A stretch of 56,093 bases of DNA. Origin: a virus (lineage: Duplodnaviria > Caudoviricetes). The position numbers and the translations under genes were made by a program. The notes under the pieces were generated by a model, which was not told the origin of the DNA, made no database searches, and worked only from the letters and a program-made list of their open reading frames with translations. Positions within the stretch are counted from its first letter, which is position 1. Each line of letters starts with the position of its first letter. Below, one piece after another: positions 1 through 8,876 of this stretch. The DNA lies in the IMG/VR virus record IMGVR_UViG_3300021962_000005, positions 1-56,093 of that record. One strand, given 5' to 3'.

Positions 1-127
1 CCAACTGCCCGATCGTCATGTCGACCTTGTCGTAGTCGAGCACAGCCAAGTGGCGGACGGCGACGTTACCCTTGCGGCCCTTGGACGGGTCAGTCAGCGG
101 CCCCCCAATGAACGAGGCGCGTTTGGC
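1..127. repeat. Terminal direct repeat, left copy (circular assembly overlap)
   Basis: 1-127 is identical to 55967-56093; 127 is a typical assembler k-mer length; the repeat lies inside the primase ORF. Confidence 0.95.
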
Positions 128-262
128 TGACTCCTCCTTGCTGTCGAACTCCACCGACTTGGCGAAGCCCTTCACAAGCTGTTCCCAGCTCAGGTGCATG
201 ACTTCCGCAGAGTTGAAGTCCCTGCAGTAGGTGACGGTGAATTTTGCTTTTTGTTCGGTCAT
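1..262 (-). CDS. 5' part of primase-helicase; continues across the circular junction into 55966-53742 (828 aa total)
   Basis: ATG at 262 with GAGGGGG RBS reads MTEQKAKFTVTYCRDF...RHLAVLDYDKVDMTIGQLG, in frame with the 53742..56015 ORF. Confidence 0.9.
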   Translation of the reverse strand, partial: MTEQKAKFTVTYCRDFNSAEVMHLSWEQLVKGFAKSVEFDSKEESAKRASFIGGPLTDPSKGRKGNVAVRHLAVLDYDKVDMTIGQL

Positions 263-280
263 CTGAACCCCCTCGAAAGC

Positions 281-289
281 TGTGGATAA
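281..289 (-). promoter_or_regulatory. Perfect DnaA box (TTATCCACA) just upstream of the primase RBS
   Basis: TGTGGATAA at 281-289, in the gap between the HTH gene stop and the primase start. Confidence 0.45.
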
Positions 290-291
290 TT

Positions 292-498
292 TTATTTACG
301 TTCAATTTTGTTTCTGCGCATTTCCAGCAGCTCAAGCGGCGTCGGCTCCAGAACCCGGCGGACGTCTTCAAAGTAAAACCTGTAATGCCCCGACGGCAGA
401 CGCAGGAATGGTATCTCCCCCTCCTTCGCCAGTCGCAGAACGGTGACCTTAGACACGCCCAGAAGGGCGGCCAGTTTCGATGATGTTAGCGGCTTCAA
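292..498 (-). CDS. Excisionase/MerR-like HTH DNA-binding protein
   Basis: LTSSKLAALLGVSKVTVLRLAKEGEIPFLRLPSGHYRF fits the HTH_17/Xis pattern; TTG start with GGGAG RBS. Confidence 0.8.
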   Translation of the reverse strand: MKPLTSSKLAALLGVSKVTVLRLAKEGEIPFLRLPSGHYRFYFEDVRRVLEPTPLELLEMRRNKIERK

Positions 499-517
499 AA
501 TTTTTCTCCCACTGGAA

Positions 518-546
518 TTGACACAAATCGTTTCATATCGTAATCA
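518..546 (+). promoter_or_regulatory. Sigma70-type promoter for the replication operon
   Basis: TTGACA-17 nt-TAATCA, followed by GAGG RBS and ATG at 579. Confidence 0.6.
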
Positions 547-578
547 ATCACTCTCTACAAGAGCAGAGAGAGGACAAA

Positions 579-1004
579 ATGATGGAACAAGAATTTGGAA
601 AGTTGATCGAGGCGGTCGAACGCATGGCCGCCGCGGTCGAGGAGTTAGCGGCAAAAGGGGCGGCAGCGTCAACACCTGTTGTGGATACGCCTGTGGACAA
701 GAAGTCTGAAGCCGCTCCAAAGCCCAAGAAAAAAAGTGGTGAGAACCGTGTAACAGCTCCGGCAGAAGAGACGGCAGCGGAAGACCAGTCTTTGCCGGAT
801 CAAGGCATCACCTATGACGAGATGTACAAGGTCATGTTTGAGATTGCGCAGGCAACCAACGGGGGTAAGAATATCGTCCCGCCAATCCTGAAAGAATACG
901 GCTACAACCACGTCCAGAACGTCAAGCCAGAACACTACGCCGAAATCCACGGCAGGCTTCTTAGCATCGCAACACGCATCGCAAAAGGAGAGAAGTATGA
1001 CTGA
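579..1004 (+). CDS. Hypothetical protein typical of the position upstream of DUF2800 exonucleases
   Basis: 141 aa; RBS; low-complexity middle and helical C-terminus (ILKEYGYNHVQNVKPEHY). Confidence 0.75.
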   Translation: MMEQEFGKLIEAVERMAAAVEELAAKGAAASTPVVDTPVDKKSEAAPKPKKKSGENRVTAPAEETAAEDQSLPDQGITYDEMYKVMFEIAQATNGGKNIVPPILKEYGYNHVQNVKPEHYAEIHGRLLSIATRIAKGEKYD

Positions 1005-1269
1005 CAAAAATGAAAAAGATACCGACAACGTTTCTGAAGACAGGATCTTCAGCGCGTGGCGCGTGATGGACGCAATGTTCTCAGAGATGAATTTCAGCGT
1101 CCTTGAAGTTGTGACGTCTCTTGTGTCTTCTCTCGGCACGACCATCGCTAGATCTCTCCCGCCAGAGAAGCAGGAAGAGGCCATCGATGTAATCATGGTT
1201 GAGGTTCGCGCAATGATCGTGTCGGTAGTTGCAGAAGAGAAAGACGAAAAAAAGAAAGGGCTCAACTGA
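997..1269 (+). CDS. Hypothetical protein
   Basis: 90 aa; AGGAG RBS; overlaps both neighbours as expected for translational coupling. Confidence 0.7.
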   Translation: MTDKNEKDTDNVSEDRIFSAWRVMDAMFSEMNFSVLEVVTSLVSSLGTTIARSLPPEKQEEAIDVIMVEVRAMIVSVVAEEKDEKKKGLN

Positions 1270-2396
1270 TGGCTCACGCTAAGTTGAGCGCGTCCGGGGC
1301 ACATCGCTGGTCGGCGTGCCCCGGCTCAGTCGCCGCAGAGGAAGGTATCCCTGATCGTTCGTCATCGTTCGCCGAGGAAGGCACGCGAGCGCACGACATC
1401 ATGGAGAAGGTTCTTAACCGCCAAGGGAAGCCGGAAGACTACACGAAGGATCAGGAGATGATTGACGGCGTGCATATGTACGTCGACTACGTCATGAACC
1501 TGTATCCGGAACGCAAGGTGAAGGCGCTCTTTGTTGAACGCCGCGTCAGCTTCGCCGACTGGGTGACGGACGGTTTCGGCACGGCGGACACGATCCTGAT
1601 CACTGACGACGTGCTGCACGTCGTAGATCTAAAGTACGGCAAAGGGGTTCAAGTGTTTGCGGATAATAACCCGCAGGCTCTCCTGTATGCTCTTGGGGCC
1701 TACTCTGAGTTCGAGTGGCTGTGGCGTCCAAAGACCGTCAAGGTGAGTATTGTCCAGCCACGACTAGATCACATCAGCGAGTTCGAGATTTCGGTCTCCG
1801 ACTTGATGAAGTTTGGCGAAACCATGCGGCAGGCTGCTGAGGCGACGCAGGAGCCCGACGCGCCTCGCGTGCCGGGAGAGAAGCAGTGCCGCTTCTGCAA
1901 GGCAAAGGCGACGTGCCCGGCGCTGATGAAGATGACTGCCGAGACCATCCTTGCAGACTTTGATGACCTTGAACCGTCGAAGCCAGCAAACAGTCTCACG
2001 CAAAGGCAGTTGTCCATGGTCATGCTGCGCAAGCCCATGATCGAGGCGTGGCTCTCGGCTGTCGAGAAGACCGTCAAAGAAAAGCTCGTCGCAGGCGAAG
2101 GCTTTGAGGGGTTCAAACTGGTCGAGGGTCGTAGCCTGCGGAAGTGGCAGAGTGAGAGTGATGCGGAAGAGTTTCTGTCTGAGTATTACGACGACAATCA
2201 GATTTTCAGCCGGAAACTGATTTCGCCGTCGCAGGCTGAGAAACTAATTGGCAAAAAGCACGCCGACAGAATTTCTCACCTGATCGTAAAGCCGCAGGGC
2301 GCGCCGACCATCGCGCCGGAGCATGACCCCCGGCCAGCAATAAAGTCTGTGGTTGATATGTTTGATGTTGTTGACCCAGACGATTTTGAAGACTAA
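1269..2396 (+). CDS. Cas4-like PD-(D/E)xK exonuclease (DUF2800)
   Basis: HAKLSASGAHRWSACPGS, GFGTAD, VVDLKYGKG, QALLYALG, QCRFCKAKATCP. Confidence 0.9.
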   Translation: MAHAKLSASGAHRWSACPGSVAAEEGIPDRSSSFAEEGTRAHDIMEKVLNRQGKPEDYTKDQEMIDGVHMYVDYVMNLYPERKVKALFVERRVSFADWVTDGFGTADTILITDDVLHVVDLKYGKGVQVFADNNPQALLYALGAYSEFEWLWRPKTVKVSIVQPRLDHISEFEISVSDLMKFGETMRQAAEATQEPDAPRVPGEKQCRFCKAKATCPALMKMTAETILADFDDLEPSKPANSLTQRQLSMVMLRKPMIEAWLSAVEKTVKEKLVAGEGFEGFKLVEGRSLRKWQSESDAEEFLSEYYDDNQIFSRKLISPSQAEKLIGKKHADRISHLIVKPQGAPTIAPEHDPRPAIKSVVDMFDVVDPDDFED

Positions 2397-2444
2397 TCCG
2401 AAAGAGACGCTTCGGCGTTTCAACTAAAACTGAAAGGTAAAACT

Positions 2445-2969
2445 ATGAAAATCAAGCTGAACAATGTCCGTCTCTCCTTCCCGAGCATTTTCCATAAGGC
2501 CGTGTTCAACGGCAAGGAGACCAAGTTTGAGGCCACCTTCCTTCTCGACAAGGATAAGCACGCCGACAAGATCGAAGAGATCAACGAGGCGATTAAGTCC
2601 ATGATTAAGACCGGTTTGAAGGGTGCGAAACTCGGTTCGGACAAAGTCTGTATGAAGGACGGGGACGAGATTGGCTACGACGGCTACGACAATACTATGT
2701 CGTTCAAGGCCAGTAGCCAGAAGCGGCCCATGGCGGTCGACCGCGACAAGAGCGCACTGACAGAGAATGACAACCGTCTCTATGCCGGGTGCTACGTCAA
2801 TGCGACGGTCGAACTGTGGGCACAGAACAACGAATATGGAAAGCGGATTAACGCGAACCTCCTCGGAGTTCAGTTCTTCAAGGACGGGAAACCGTTCTCT
2901 GATGGCGTGAGTGCGAGTTTGGATGACTTCGACGCATTCGACGATGACGAAGACGTTGACTTCATGTAA
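2445..2969 (+). CDS. Single-stranded DNA-binding protein (DUF2815, T7 gp2.5-like)
   Basis: NVRLSFP, YAGCYVNA, LLGVQFFKDG, and an acidic tail ending DEDVDFM. Confidence 0.9.
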   Translation: MKIKLNNVRLSFPSIFHKAVFNGKETKFEATFLLDKDKHADKIEEINEAIKSMIKTGLKGAKLGSDKVCMKDGDEIGYDGYDNTMSFKASSQKRPMAVDRDKSALTENDNRLYAGCYVNATVELWAQNNEYGKRINANLLGVQFFKDGKPFSDGVSASLDDFDAFDDDEDVDFM

Positions 2970-3120
2970 TGCGTAATTGCGGACGGTTTCTCCATGGCCG
3001 TCGGCAAGTCTGGTGGACTTCCTGCTTGTTGGCCAACCAGACAGCCCCGACAAGTGTACCAGCCCTTGTCGGGGCAACTTTTAGAATCAGAAACTGAAAC
3101 CAATCGAAAGGAAGATAAAA

Positions 3121-3378
3121 ATGAAAACAGATTACAACGAAGCTGTCGCACGCCTCCGCACACTGAAGCCCGGCGAGACGTTCGTCTATTTCACCGGCGA
3201 ACTGTCCAGACAAGCAGAGCCAAGCGTGTTTAAGGGCGCGAAGCGAAAAGCCCAAGCCTTTACGGTTCGAGAAGTTTCCGACACCGCCTACGCCCAATAC
3301 GAGATGGGGAGAGTTCATCTGCTCCAGCGGCGCGTGAGTAAGAAAAAGTTTGACTACATAGCGGTCGCAAAGAAATAG
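3121..3378 (+). CDS. Hypothetical protein
   Basis: 85 aa; AAGGAAG RBS; VYFTGEL and GRVHLLQRR motifs. Confidence 0.7.
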   Translation: MKTDYNEAVARLRTLKPGETFVYFTGELSRQAEPSVFKGAKRKAQAFTVREVSDTAYAQYEMGRVHLLQRRVSKKKFDYIAVAKK

Positions 3379-3435
3379 TTGCTCCAAAGTACGATCCCCG
3401 GATAATACTTCCGGGGAGTATTTTTTGGAGGCAAC

Positions 3436-3906
3436 ATGGCCAAAAGAAAACACAGGCACTTGCCGCAGCCAATACCAGAGATGACTGAAAAGGATGTCGA
3501 ACGGTTCTGGGCGAAGGTAGATGTGCGTGAACATGATGAGTGTTGGGACTGGAAATCAACCGCCGTAGCCGCCGGATACGGTCGCATAAAAATATCCCAG
3601 AAGCTCTATTCTGCTCACCGCGTAGCGTTCTTCTTGGCCAATCCAGACGTAGACATCACCGGCAAGAAAGACGTTGTGATGCACTATTGCGACAACCGTC
3701 GCTGTTGTAATCCGGCCCATCTGCGTTTAGGTACTCTGCGAGACAATTTCATGGACATGCTCCAGAAGGGTCGCGGCGGAGCAATAATTGTCAAACTTAA
3801 AAAGAAAGAGGCTACTCCTCATGCTTATCTTGGACTGCGAAGTTTATCGGAATTACTTTTTGCTTATGTTCAAAAAATTAGAAGTTGGAAAATACGCAAC
3901 GATTGA
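3436..3906 (+). CDS. HNH endonuclease (homing-type)
   Basis: RFWAKVD, ECWDW, GYGRI, AHRVAF, MHYCDNRRCCNPAHL, DNFMDM. Confidence 0.9.
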   Translation: MAKRKHRHLPQPIPEMTEKDVERFWAKVDVREHDECWDWKSTAVAAGYGRIKISQKLYSAHRVAFFLANPDVDITGKKDVVMHYCDNRRCCNPAHLRLGTLRDNFMDMLQKGRGGAIIVKLKKKEATPHAYLGLRSLSELLFAYVQKIRSWKIRND

Positions 3907-5599
3907 AATGTTCGAGGGCCAATCAGTCGATCCTCGCAGAATAAATCGCCTACTGGCGTCAGACACGACAATCAGCTTCAACGGAAATTCCTACGATCTC
4001 TATATCATTGCCGCCGCCCTCGCCGGGTGGAAATGCTCGCAGATAAAAGAGCTGTCGGATGACTTGATCAAGTCGAAGTTACCGGCTTGGAAGATCGCAC
4101 AGCAGTATGATCTGCAGTTGCCGCAGTGGGACCACGTCGATCTCTTCGAGGTAGCGCCCGGAAAGGCCAGCCTGAAGATTTACGGGGGAAGGCTGAACGC
4201 TCCGCGCATGCAGGATCTCCCCAGCGAGCCTGACGCCATGATTACCGCCGATCAGGCGGCAGAGATGCGGAAATACTGCGCGAACGATCTCGACACTACC
4301 GAGCGCCTCTACCGGGCTATGGAGAGCCAGATACGCCTGCGGGAGGAGATGGGTCAGCAGTATGGCGGCATCGACCTGCGCAGCAAGAGCGACGCCCAGA
4401 TCGCCGAGGCGGTTATCAAGCATGAGCTGACAGAGCTGACCGGCAAGTCCTACAAGCCGCGCAAGGCTGAGATTGGGTCTCTGCTGAAGTACGAAGACCC
4501 CGGCTTCGTTGAGTTCCAGTCGCCGCACCTGCAGGAAGTGTTCCGCATGGTTCTGAATAGCGACTTCCCCGTCGGACTGAACGGCTCTGTGCAGCTCCCA
4601 AAAGAGCTGCAGAACAAGAAAATCGTGATCGGTGACACCGAGTACAAGATGGGCATTGGCGGCCTGCACAGTTGCGAGAAGTCCCGCACCGTCGAGGCAA
4701 CATCCGAGCAGATCCTTGCCGACTTCGACGTCGCCAGCTACTACCCTAATATCATCCTGAAGCAGCGGCTGTCGCCGAAGTCCATGGGGGCAGACTTCCT
4801 GACAGTCTACAAGGACATTGTCACGCGGCGGCTGAAGGCGAAGGCGGCGGGCGACAAGGTGACGGCAGACACCCTGAAGATCGTCGTGAACGGGTCGTTT
4901 GGGAAGCTGGGCAGCATGTACTCCAGTCTGTACGCGCCGGAGCTGATGATCCAGACCACGGTCACCGGCCAGCTCTGTCTGCTAATGCTGATCGAGATGC
5001 TGGAGGATGCCGGAGCGAAGGTTGTCAGCGCCAACACCGACGGCGTCGTCGTCCTGTTTGACAAGGCACTCGAAGACACGATCATGGGGCTGACGTTTGA
5101 GTGGTCGATGCAGACCAGCTTTGAGCTTGAGCGGTCAGACTACCGCTCGCTGCACAGCCGGGACGTGAATAACTACATTGCGGTTAAGTTGGACGGCAAG
5201 ACCAAGCGGAAGGGTGTCTACGCCGAGCCGCTGCTGAACAAGAACGCCGACTTCCAGATTGTCAGTGACGCCGTCGCCAATTATCTGAGCAAAGGGACGC
5301 CTCTACGCAACACGATAGTGCCGAGCAACGACGTGTGGCGGTTTGTACATATACGGACAGTGACGGGCGGCGCAGTGTGGCGGGGGCAGTTCCTCGGCAA
5401 GGCTGTGCGGTTTTACTACTCGGCAGAGGCGATGCAGGGGGAGGCCATTCACTACGCGAGGAACTCCAACCGCGTGCCTCGGTCCGAGGGCGCAAAACCC
5501 ATGATGGAGCTGCCGGAGAAGATGCCGTGCGACATGGACTACGCCAGATACCTTATATTGGCGCAGGAGGCGCTGAAAGACGTGGGGGTTGAAGTATGA
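3821..5599 (+). CDS. Family B DNA polymerase with 3'-5' exonuclease
   Basis: ExoI LDCE, FNGNSYD, YCANDL; Pol motifs DFDVASYYPNI, KIVVNGSFGKLG, SANTDGV; likely ATG at 3821. Confidence 0.9.
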   Translation: MLILDCEVYRNYFLLMFKKLEVGKYATIEMFEGQSVDPRRINRLLASDTTISFNGNSYDLYIIAAALAGWKCSQIKELSDDLIKSKLPAWKIAQQYDLQLPQWDHVDLFEVAPGKASLKIYGGRLNAPRMQDLPSEPDAMITADQAAEMRKYCANDLDTTERLYRAMESQIRLREEMGQQYGGIDLRSKSDAQIAEAVIKHELTELTGKSYKPRKAEIGSLLKYEDPGFVEFQSPHLQEVFRMVLNSDFPVGLNGSVQLPKELQNKKIVIGDTEYKMGIGGLHSCEKSRTVEATSEQILADFDVASYYPNIILKQRLSPKSMGADFLTVYKDIVTRRLKAKAAGDKVTADTLKIVVNGSFGKLGSMYSSLYAPELMIQTTVTGQLCLLMLIEMLEDAGAKVVSANTDGVVVLFDKALEDTIMGLTFEWSMQTSFELERSDYRSLHSRDVNNYIAVKLDGKTKRKGVYAEPLLNKNADFQIVSDAVANYLSKGTPLRNTIVPSNDVWRFVHIRTVTGGAVWRGQFLGKAVRFYYSAEAMQGEAIHYARNSNRVPRSEGAKPMMELPEKMPCDMDYARYLILAQEALKDVGVEV

Positions 5600-5730
5600 T
5601 AAGATACTTCTTCTACGCCCGCCTGAACGACGTCAATACTGTTTGGACGAGCGGATGCACGATAACGCCCATGCAGGCCCCCCACGGCCACTACAGCGTC
5701 ATCGCCGAGCTGGTGTGCTGCGAGAGGTAA
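5596..5730 (+). CDS. Small hypothetical protein (44 aa)
   Basis: ATGA overlap with the polymerase stop; MIRYFFYARL...PHGHYSVIAELVCCER; not in the ORF track. Confidence 0.5.
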   Translation: MIRYFFYARLNDVNTVWTSGCTITPMQAPHGHYSVIAELVCCER

Positions 5731-5732
5731 CG

Positions 5733-6176
5733 ATGCCGCGACCCATGTACGAGACCGCGACAGACCGCAAGAACGAGCGGGTGATCGCCGAGATGCTGGA
5801 AAGGCGCTGGGACTGCGATGCAGACAAGTTGAAGATCGCGTGCGAGGTTGACTATTCTCTGACCCGCGAGGGCCGGATCGTTGCGGTGATGGAGATTAAA
5901 TGCCGAAACTACGACTACGATACGTTGGACGGGTTGGGCGGCCTGATCCTGAGCGCACACAAGTGGCAGGCTGGACGACGCTGGAAAGAGACGCACAATA
6001 TAGCGTTCATTCTGGTTCTTGGCCTGACCGACGGTGTTTTTGTGTACAGGTTAAAAGCCGAAGATCCTTGGCCAGAAATGAAACTGAAGACGGCTGGAAG
6101 ACGTGATCGGGGCGACGCTCAGGACATCGAGCCGTGCGTCATCATCCCGATGCAAAAATTTCAGAAACTTGATTGA
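5733..6176 (+). CDS. PD-(D/E)xK nuclease-like protein
   Basis: MPRPMYET start with GAGG RBS; VDY...MEIKCR motif. Confidence 0.7.
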   Translation: MPRPMYETATDRKNERVIAEMLERRWDCDADKLKIACEVDYSLTREGRIVAVMEIKCRNYDYDTLDGLGGLILSAHKWQAGRRWKETHNIAFILVLGLTDGVFVYRLKAEDPWPEMKLKTAGRRDRGDAQDIEPCVIIPMQKFQKLD

Positions 6177-6192
6177 CGAATAAGGTTCGCTG

Positions 6193-6459
6193 ATGCTAGA
6201 GAAGCTAATAGAGCGAGCACTTGTACGTCGAGTGAAAGACCTTGGAGGGTTATGCGAAAAATTTGTCTCCCCCGGACGCCGGAGCGTGCCAGACCGTATT
6301 GTCACGCTCCCGGGTGGCAGGATCATATTTGTAGAATGTAAAGCCCCCGGAAAAAAGCCTACGCCGCTGCAGGAGCGCGACCACGAAAAGCGACGGTCGC
6401 TTGGCTGCACGGTGTTAGTAATCTCAAAACTGGAAGATGTAAGCCAAATCAAATGCTAG
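6193..6459 (+). CDS. VRR-NUC domain nuclease / Holliday junction resolvase
   Basis: EKLIE, KFVSPG, VPDRIV, FVECKAPG, PTPLQ. Confidence 0.9.
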   Translation: MLEKLIERALVRRVKDLGGLCEKFVSPGRRSVPDRIVTLPGGRIIFVECKAPGKKPTPLQERDHEKRRSLGCTVLVISKLEDVSQIKC

Positions 6460-7796
6460 ACCGTAACAATCTACATGCTTACCAAAACCGCGCCGTGTCC
6501 TTCATCAAAGACCGCAAGCGGTGCGGCCTCTTCCTCGACATGGGTCTGGGCAAGACGACGTCCACACTGACGGCGGTCAGCGACCTGATCGACGACTTCC
6601 AGATACGCAAGACGCTCGTTATCGCGCCCCTTCGCGTCGCCAACAGCGTTTGGAAGCAGGAGGTCTACAAGTGGGCGCACCTCGATCACATGCGCGTCTC
6701 GGTCTGCACAGGATCGGCAAAGCAGCGTCTGGAGGGGCTGATGACCTCGGCAGACGTCTACGTCATCAATCGCGAGAATGTTGACTGGCTCGTTAAGCAC
6801 TACGGCCCCAAGTGGCCGTTCGACATGGTGATCATTGACGAGAGCAGCAGCTTCAAGAACCCATCGACGAAGCGGTTCAGGTCACTGCGGCGCATTCTTC
6901 CGATGACGGAATACATGGTCCTGCTGACCGGCACGCCGTCACCCAACAGCCTGCTGGACCTGTGGCCCCAGATGTTCCTGATCGACTTCGGAGAGGCCCT
7001 TGGCCGCACTGTAACCGGCTACAAGCAGCGGTTCTTCGAGAGCGACTACATGGGCTACAAGTGGAACATCAGGGAAGGTGCTGCCGACAAAATCCACAGT
7101 CTGATCCAGCCCCGCGTCCTGCACATGAGCGCGGATGATTATCTCGACGTACCGCCGCGCATAGACTTGGTTGAAAATGTCGAGCTGCCCTCCGAGGCGC
7201 TGGCGATATACAAGGACTTCGAGAAGACGCTACTGGCGGAGCTGGAGGACGGCGAAGAGGTCGAGGCGGCGACAGCGGCAGTCCTCGCCAACAAGCTCCT
7301 GCAGTTCGCCAATGGGGCAATCTACACCGACGACAAGCATAACTGGTCAGAGACGCACAAGGCCAAACTGGACGCCTTGGAGGAAATCGTCGAGGACAAT
7401 CCAAACGAGACGCTGCTGGTTGCATACAACTACAAGTCGGATCTTGCCCGGCTGCAGGCCCGTTTCCCCGACGCAGTTGTCCTCGACAAAAAACAAACAA
7501 CCATTGACAGGTGGAACGCCGGTGAGATTAAAATGCTTCTCGCCCACCCGGCGTCTGCTGGGCACGGGCTCAACCTGCAGAATGGCGGCAGCCTGATTGT
7601 CTGGTTCGGCCTGACATGGTCCTTGGAGTATTACCAGCAATTCAATGCGCGACTGCACCGGCAGGGTCAAGAAAAGCCTGTCCGCATTCTGCATGTGATC
7701 GGTAGGGGAACTATCGACGAGAGAGTTATGGGCGTCCTTGCGCATAAGGACATGACGCAACGCTCATTGTTGGCGGCACTGAAGCCGTCTAAATAG
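6453..7796 (+). CDS. SNF2-family (SF2) helicase
   Basis: DMGLGKT, IIDESS, LTGTP, AGHGLNLQ, QFNARLHRQGQ. Confidence 0.93.
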   Translation: MLDRNNLHAYQNRAVSFIKDRKRCGLFLDMGLGKTTSTLTAVSDLIDDFQIRKTLVIAPLRVANSVWKQEVYKWAHLDHMRVSVCTGSAKQRLEGLMTSADVYVINRENVDWLVKHYGPKWPFDMVIIDESSSFKNPSTKRFRSLRRILPMTEYMVLLTGTPSPNSLLDLWPQMFLIDFGEALGRTVTGYKQRFFESDYMGYKWNIREGAADKIHSLIQPRVLHMSADDYLDVPPRIDLVENVELPSEALAIYKDFEKTLLAELEDGEEVEAATAAVLANKLLQFANGAIYTDDKHNWSETHKAKLDALEEIVEDNPNETLLVAYNYKSDLARLQARFPDAVVLDKKQTTIDRWNAGEIKMLLAHPASAGHGLNLQNGGSLIVWFGLTWSLEYYQQFNARLHRQGQEKPVRILHVIGRGTIDERVMGVLAHKDMTQRSLLAALKPSK

Positions 7797-7807
7797 AAGA
7801 GGGAAAA

Positions 7808-8146
7808 ATGAAAAACGTAAACGAGATATTGAACGAAAGAGAAAAAGTCAGCGGCAATTACGGCGACGTTGCTCGCATGATCCAAGACACCGTGCGCCTG
7901 TGGGCTACGGGGCCAAATTGGAGCAAAGGCAAGTTGACTGATCCGCAAGTGACCAGTCTTGAAATGATTGCGTTGAAAGTCACCCGCATATTGCAGGGCG
8001 ACAACAATCACGTTGACAGTTGGCGCGACATCGCGGGATACGCGGAACTTGCCGCAATCGAAATCGAAGAGGCCGAAAGGGCTTTGGAGAAGAGCTTGCA
8101 AATTATTGATGGGGCATTTAGCAAAATACCAAAGAAGGAGAAGTAA
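7808..8146 (+). CDS. DUF6378-like protein
   Basis: LNERE...YG; KVTRIL.GD.NHVDSWRDIAGYAEL. Confidence 0.75.
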   Translation: MKNVNEILNEREKVSGNYGDVARMIQDTVRLWATGPNWSKGKLTDPQVTSLEMIALKVTRILQGDNNHVDSWRDIAGYAELAAIEIEEAERALEKSLQIIDGAFSKIPKKEK

Positions 8147-8147
8147 A

Positions 8148-8735
8148 ATGAAATTGGCCCTCACACTCGCAGCAGTGATTGCATTCGCTGGCCCAGTGGG
8201 TGCGCAAGAGAACGATGCGGCAGACTTTTTCCGCAAGGACAAAAACTATTGGAGCCGCGGGCTAAAAGCCCCCGCTATCATCGCATACGACGAGGACATC
8301 AGACATGTCCGTAGCGTATCAAAGCGCAAGCGGATCGTGCGCCGCATGGTTGCCCATCAGGCTAGAAAGAAGCTGGGCAGCCGATGGGTAAAGTCAGCAG
8401 TAAAGATAGCCTACGTCGAGAGCAGGTTTAATCCGAAGGCTGTCGGGCCGCGCACGCGCCACGGCAAGGCGAGGGGCGTCATGCAGGTGATGCCAAAGTC
8501 TGCCCGCGCCATGGGGTTTAACCCACGCCGCCTGAACGAGGCAGAGTATGGGATTGCGGCTGGCATTGCGCACATGCGTCTGTGCATCCAGAGCGGCGTG
8601 CGCACCGACGCCGAGATGTCAGCATGCCATGTTGCTGGGGCACGCGGCTGGGCAATCCGACTGCGTAAGCATGCGCAGCGGTACAAGAGAATTTACGTCG
8701 CCATGGTGCGCAGGGCACCCGGCTATTGGGACTAG
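8148..8735 (+). CDS. Lytic transglycosylase (SLT) with N-terminal signal peptide
   Basis: MKLALTLAAVIAFAGPVGA signal; VESRFNPKA, ARGVMQVMP. Confidence 0.85.
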   Translation: MKLALTLAAVIAFAGPVGAQENDAADFFRKDKNYWSRGLKAPAIIAYDEDIRHVRSVSKRKRIVRRMVAHQARKKLGSRWVKSAVKIAYVESRFNPKAVGPRTRHGKARGVMQVMPKSARAMGFNPRRLNEAEYGIAAGIAHMRLCIQSGVRTDAEMSACHVAGARGWAIRLRKHAQRYKRIYVAMVRRAPGYWD

Positions 8736-8743
8736 GGGGAAAG

Positions 8744-8875
8744 ATGTCTTACCTGTTTGGTTTGGGTATTATTAGCGCCACCGCAATTGCCGTCCTAACT
8801 GTTGTCGGTTGCGGCTTCTTCACGTTGGTGATGGTCTTGGCCATCGAAGAAAAAATTCAAGAATGGAGAAAGTAA
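8744..8875 (+). CDS. Small membrane protein (43 aa)
   Basis: MSYLFGLGIISATAIAVLTVVGCGFFTLVMVLAIEEKIQEWRK fills the gap between two genes; GGGGG RBS. Confidence 0.55.
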   Translation: MSYLFGLGIISATAIAVLTVVGCGFFTLVMVLAIEEKIQEWRK

Positions 8876-8876
8876 A

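Noticed and set aside
1-127. Physical terminal repeat of the virion DNA
   Set aside because: Exactly 127 nt and inside the primase gene; best explained as assembler k-mer overlap
1269-2396. CRISPR-associated Cas4
   Set aside because: DUF2800 exonuclease in its usual replication context
2979-3075. tRNA gene
   Set aside because: No TTCRA T-loop, acceptor stem or cloverleaf
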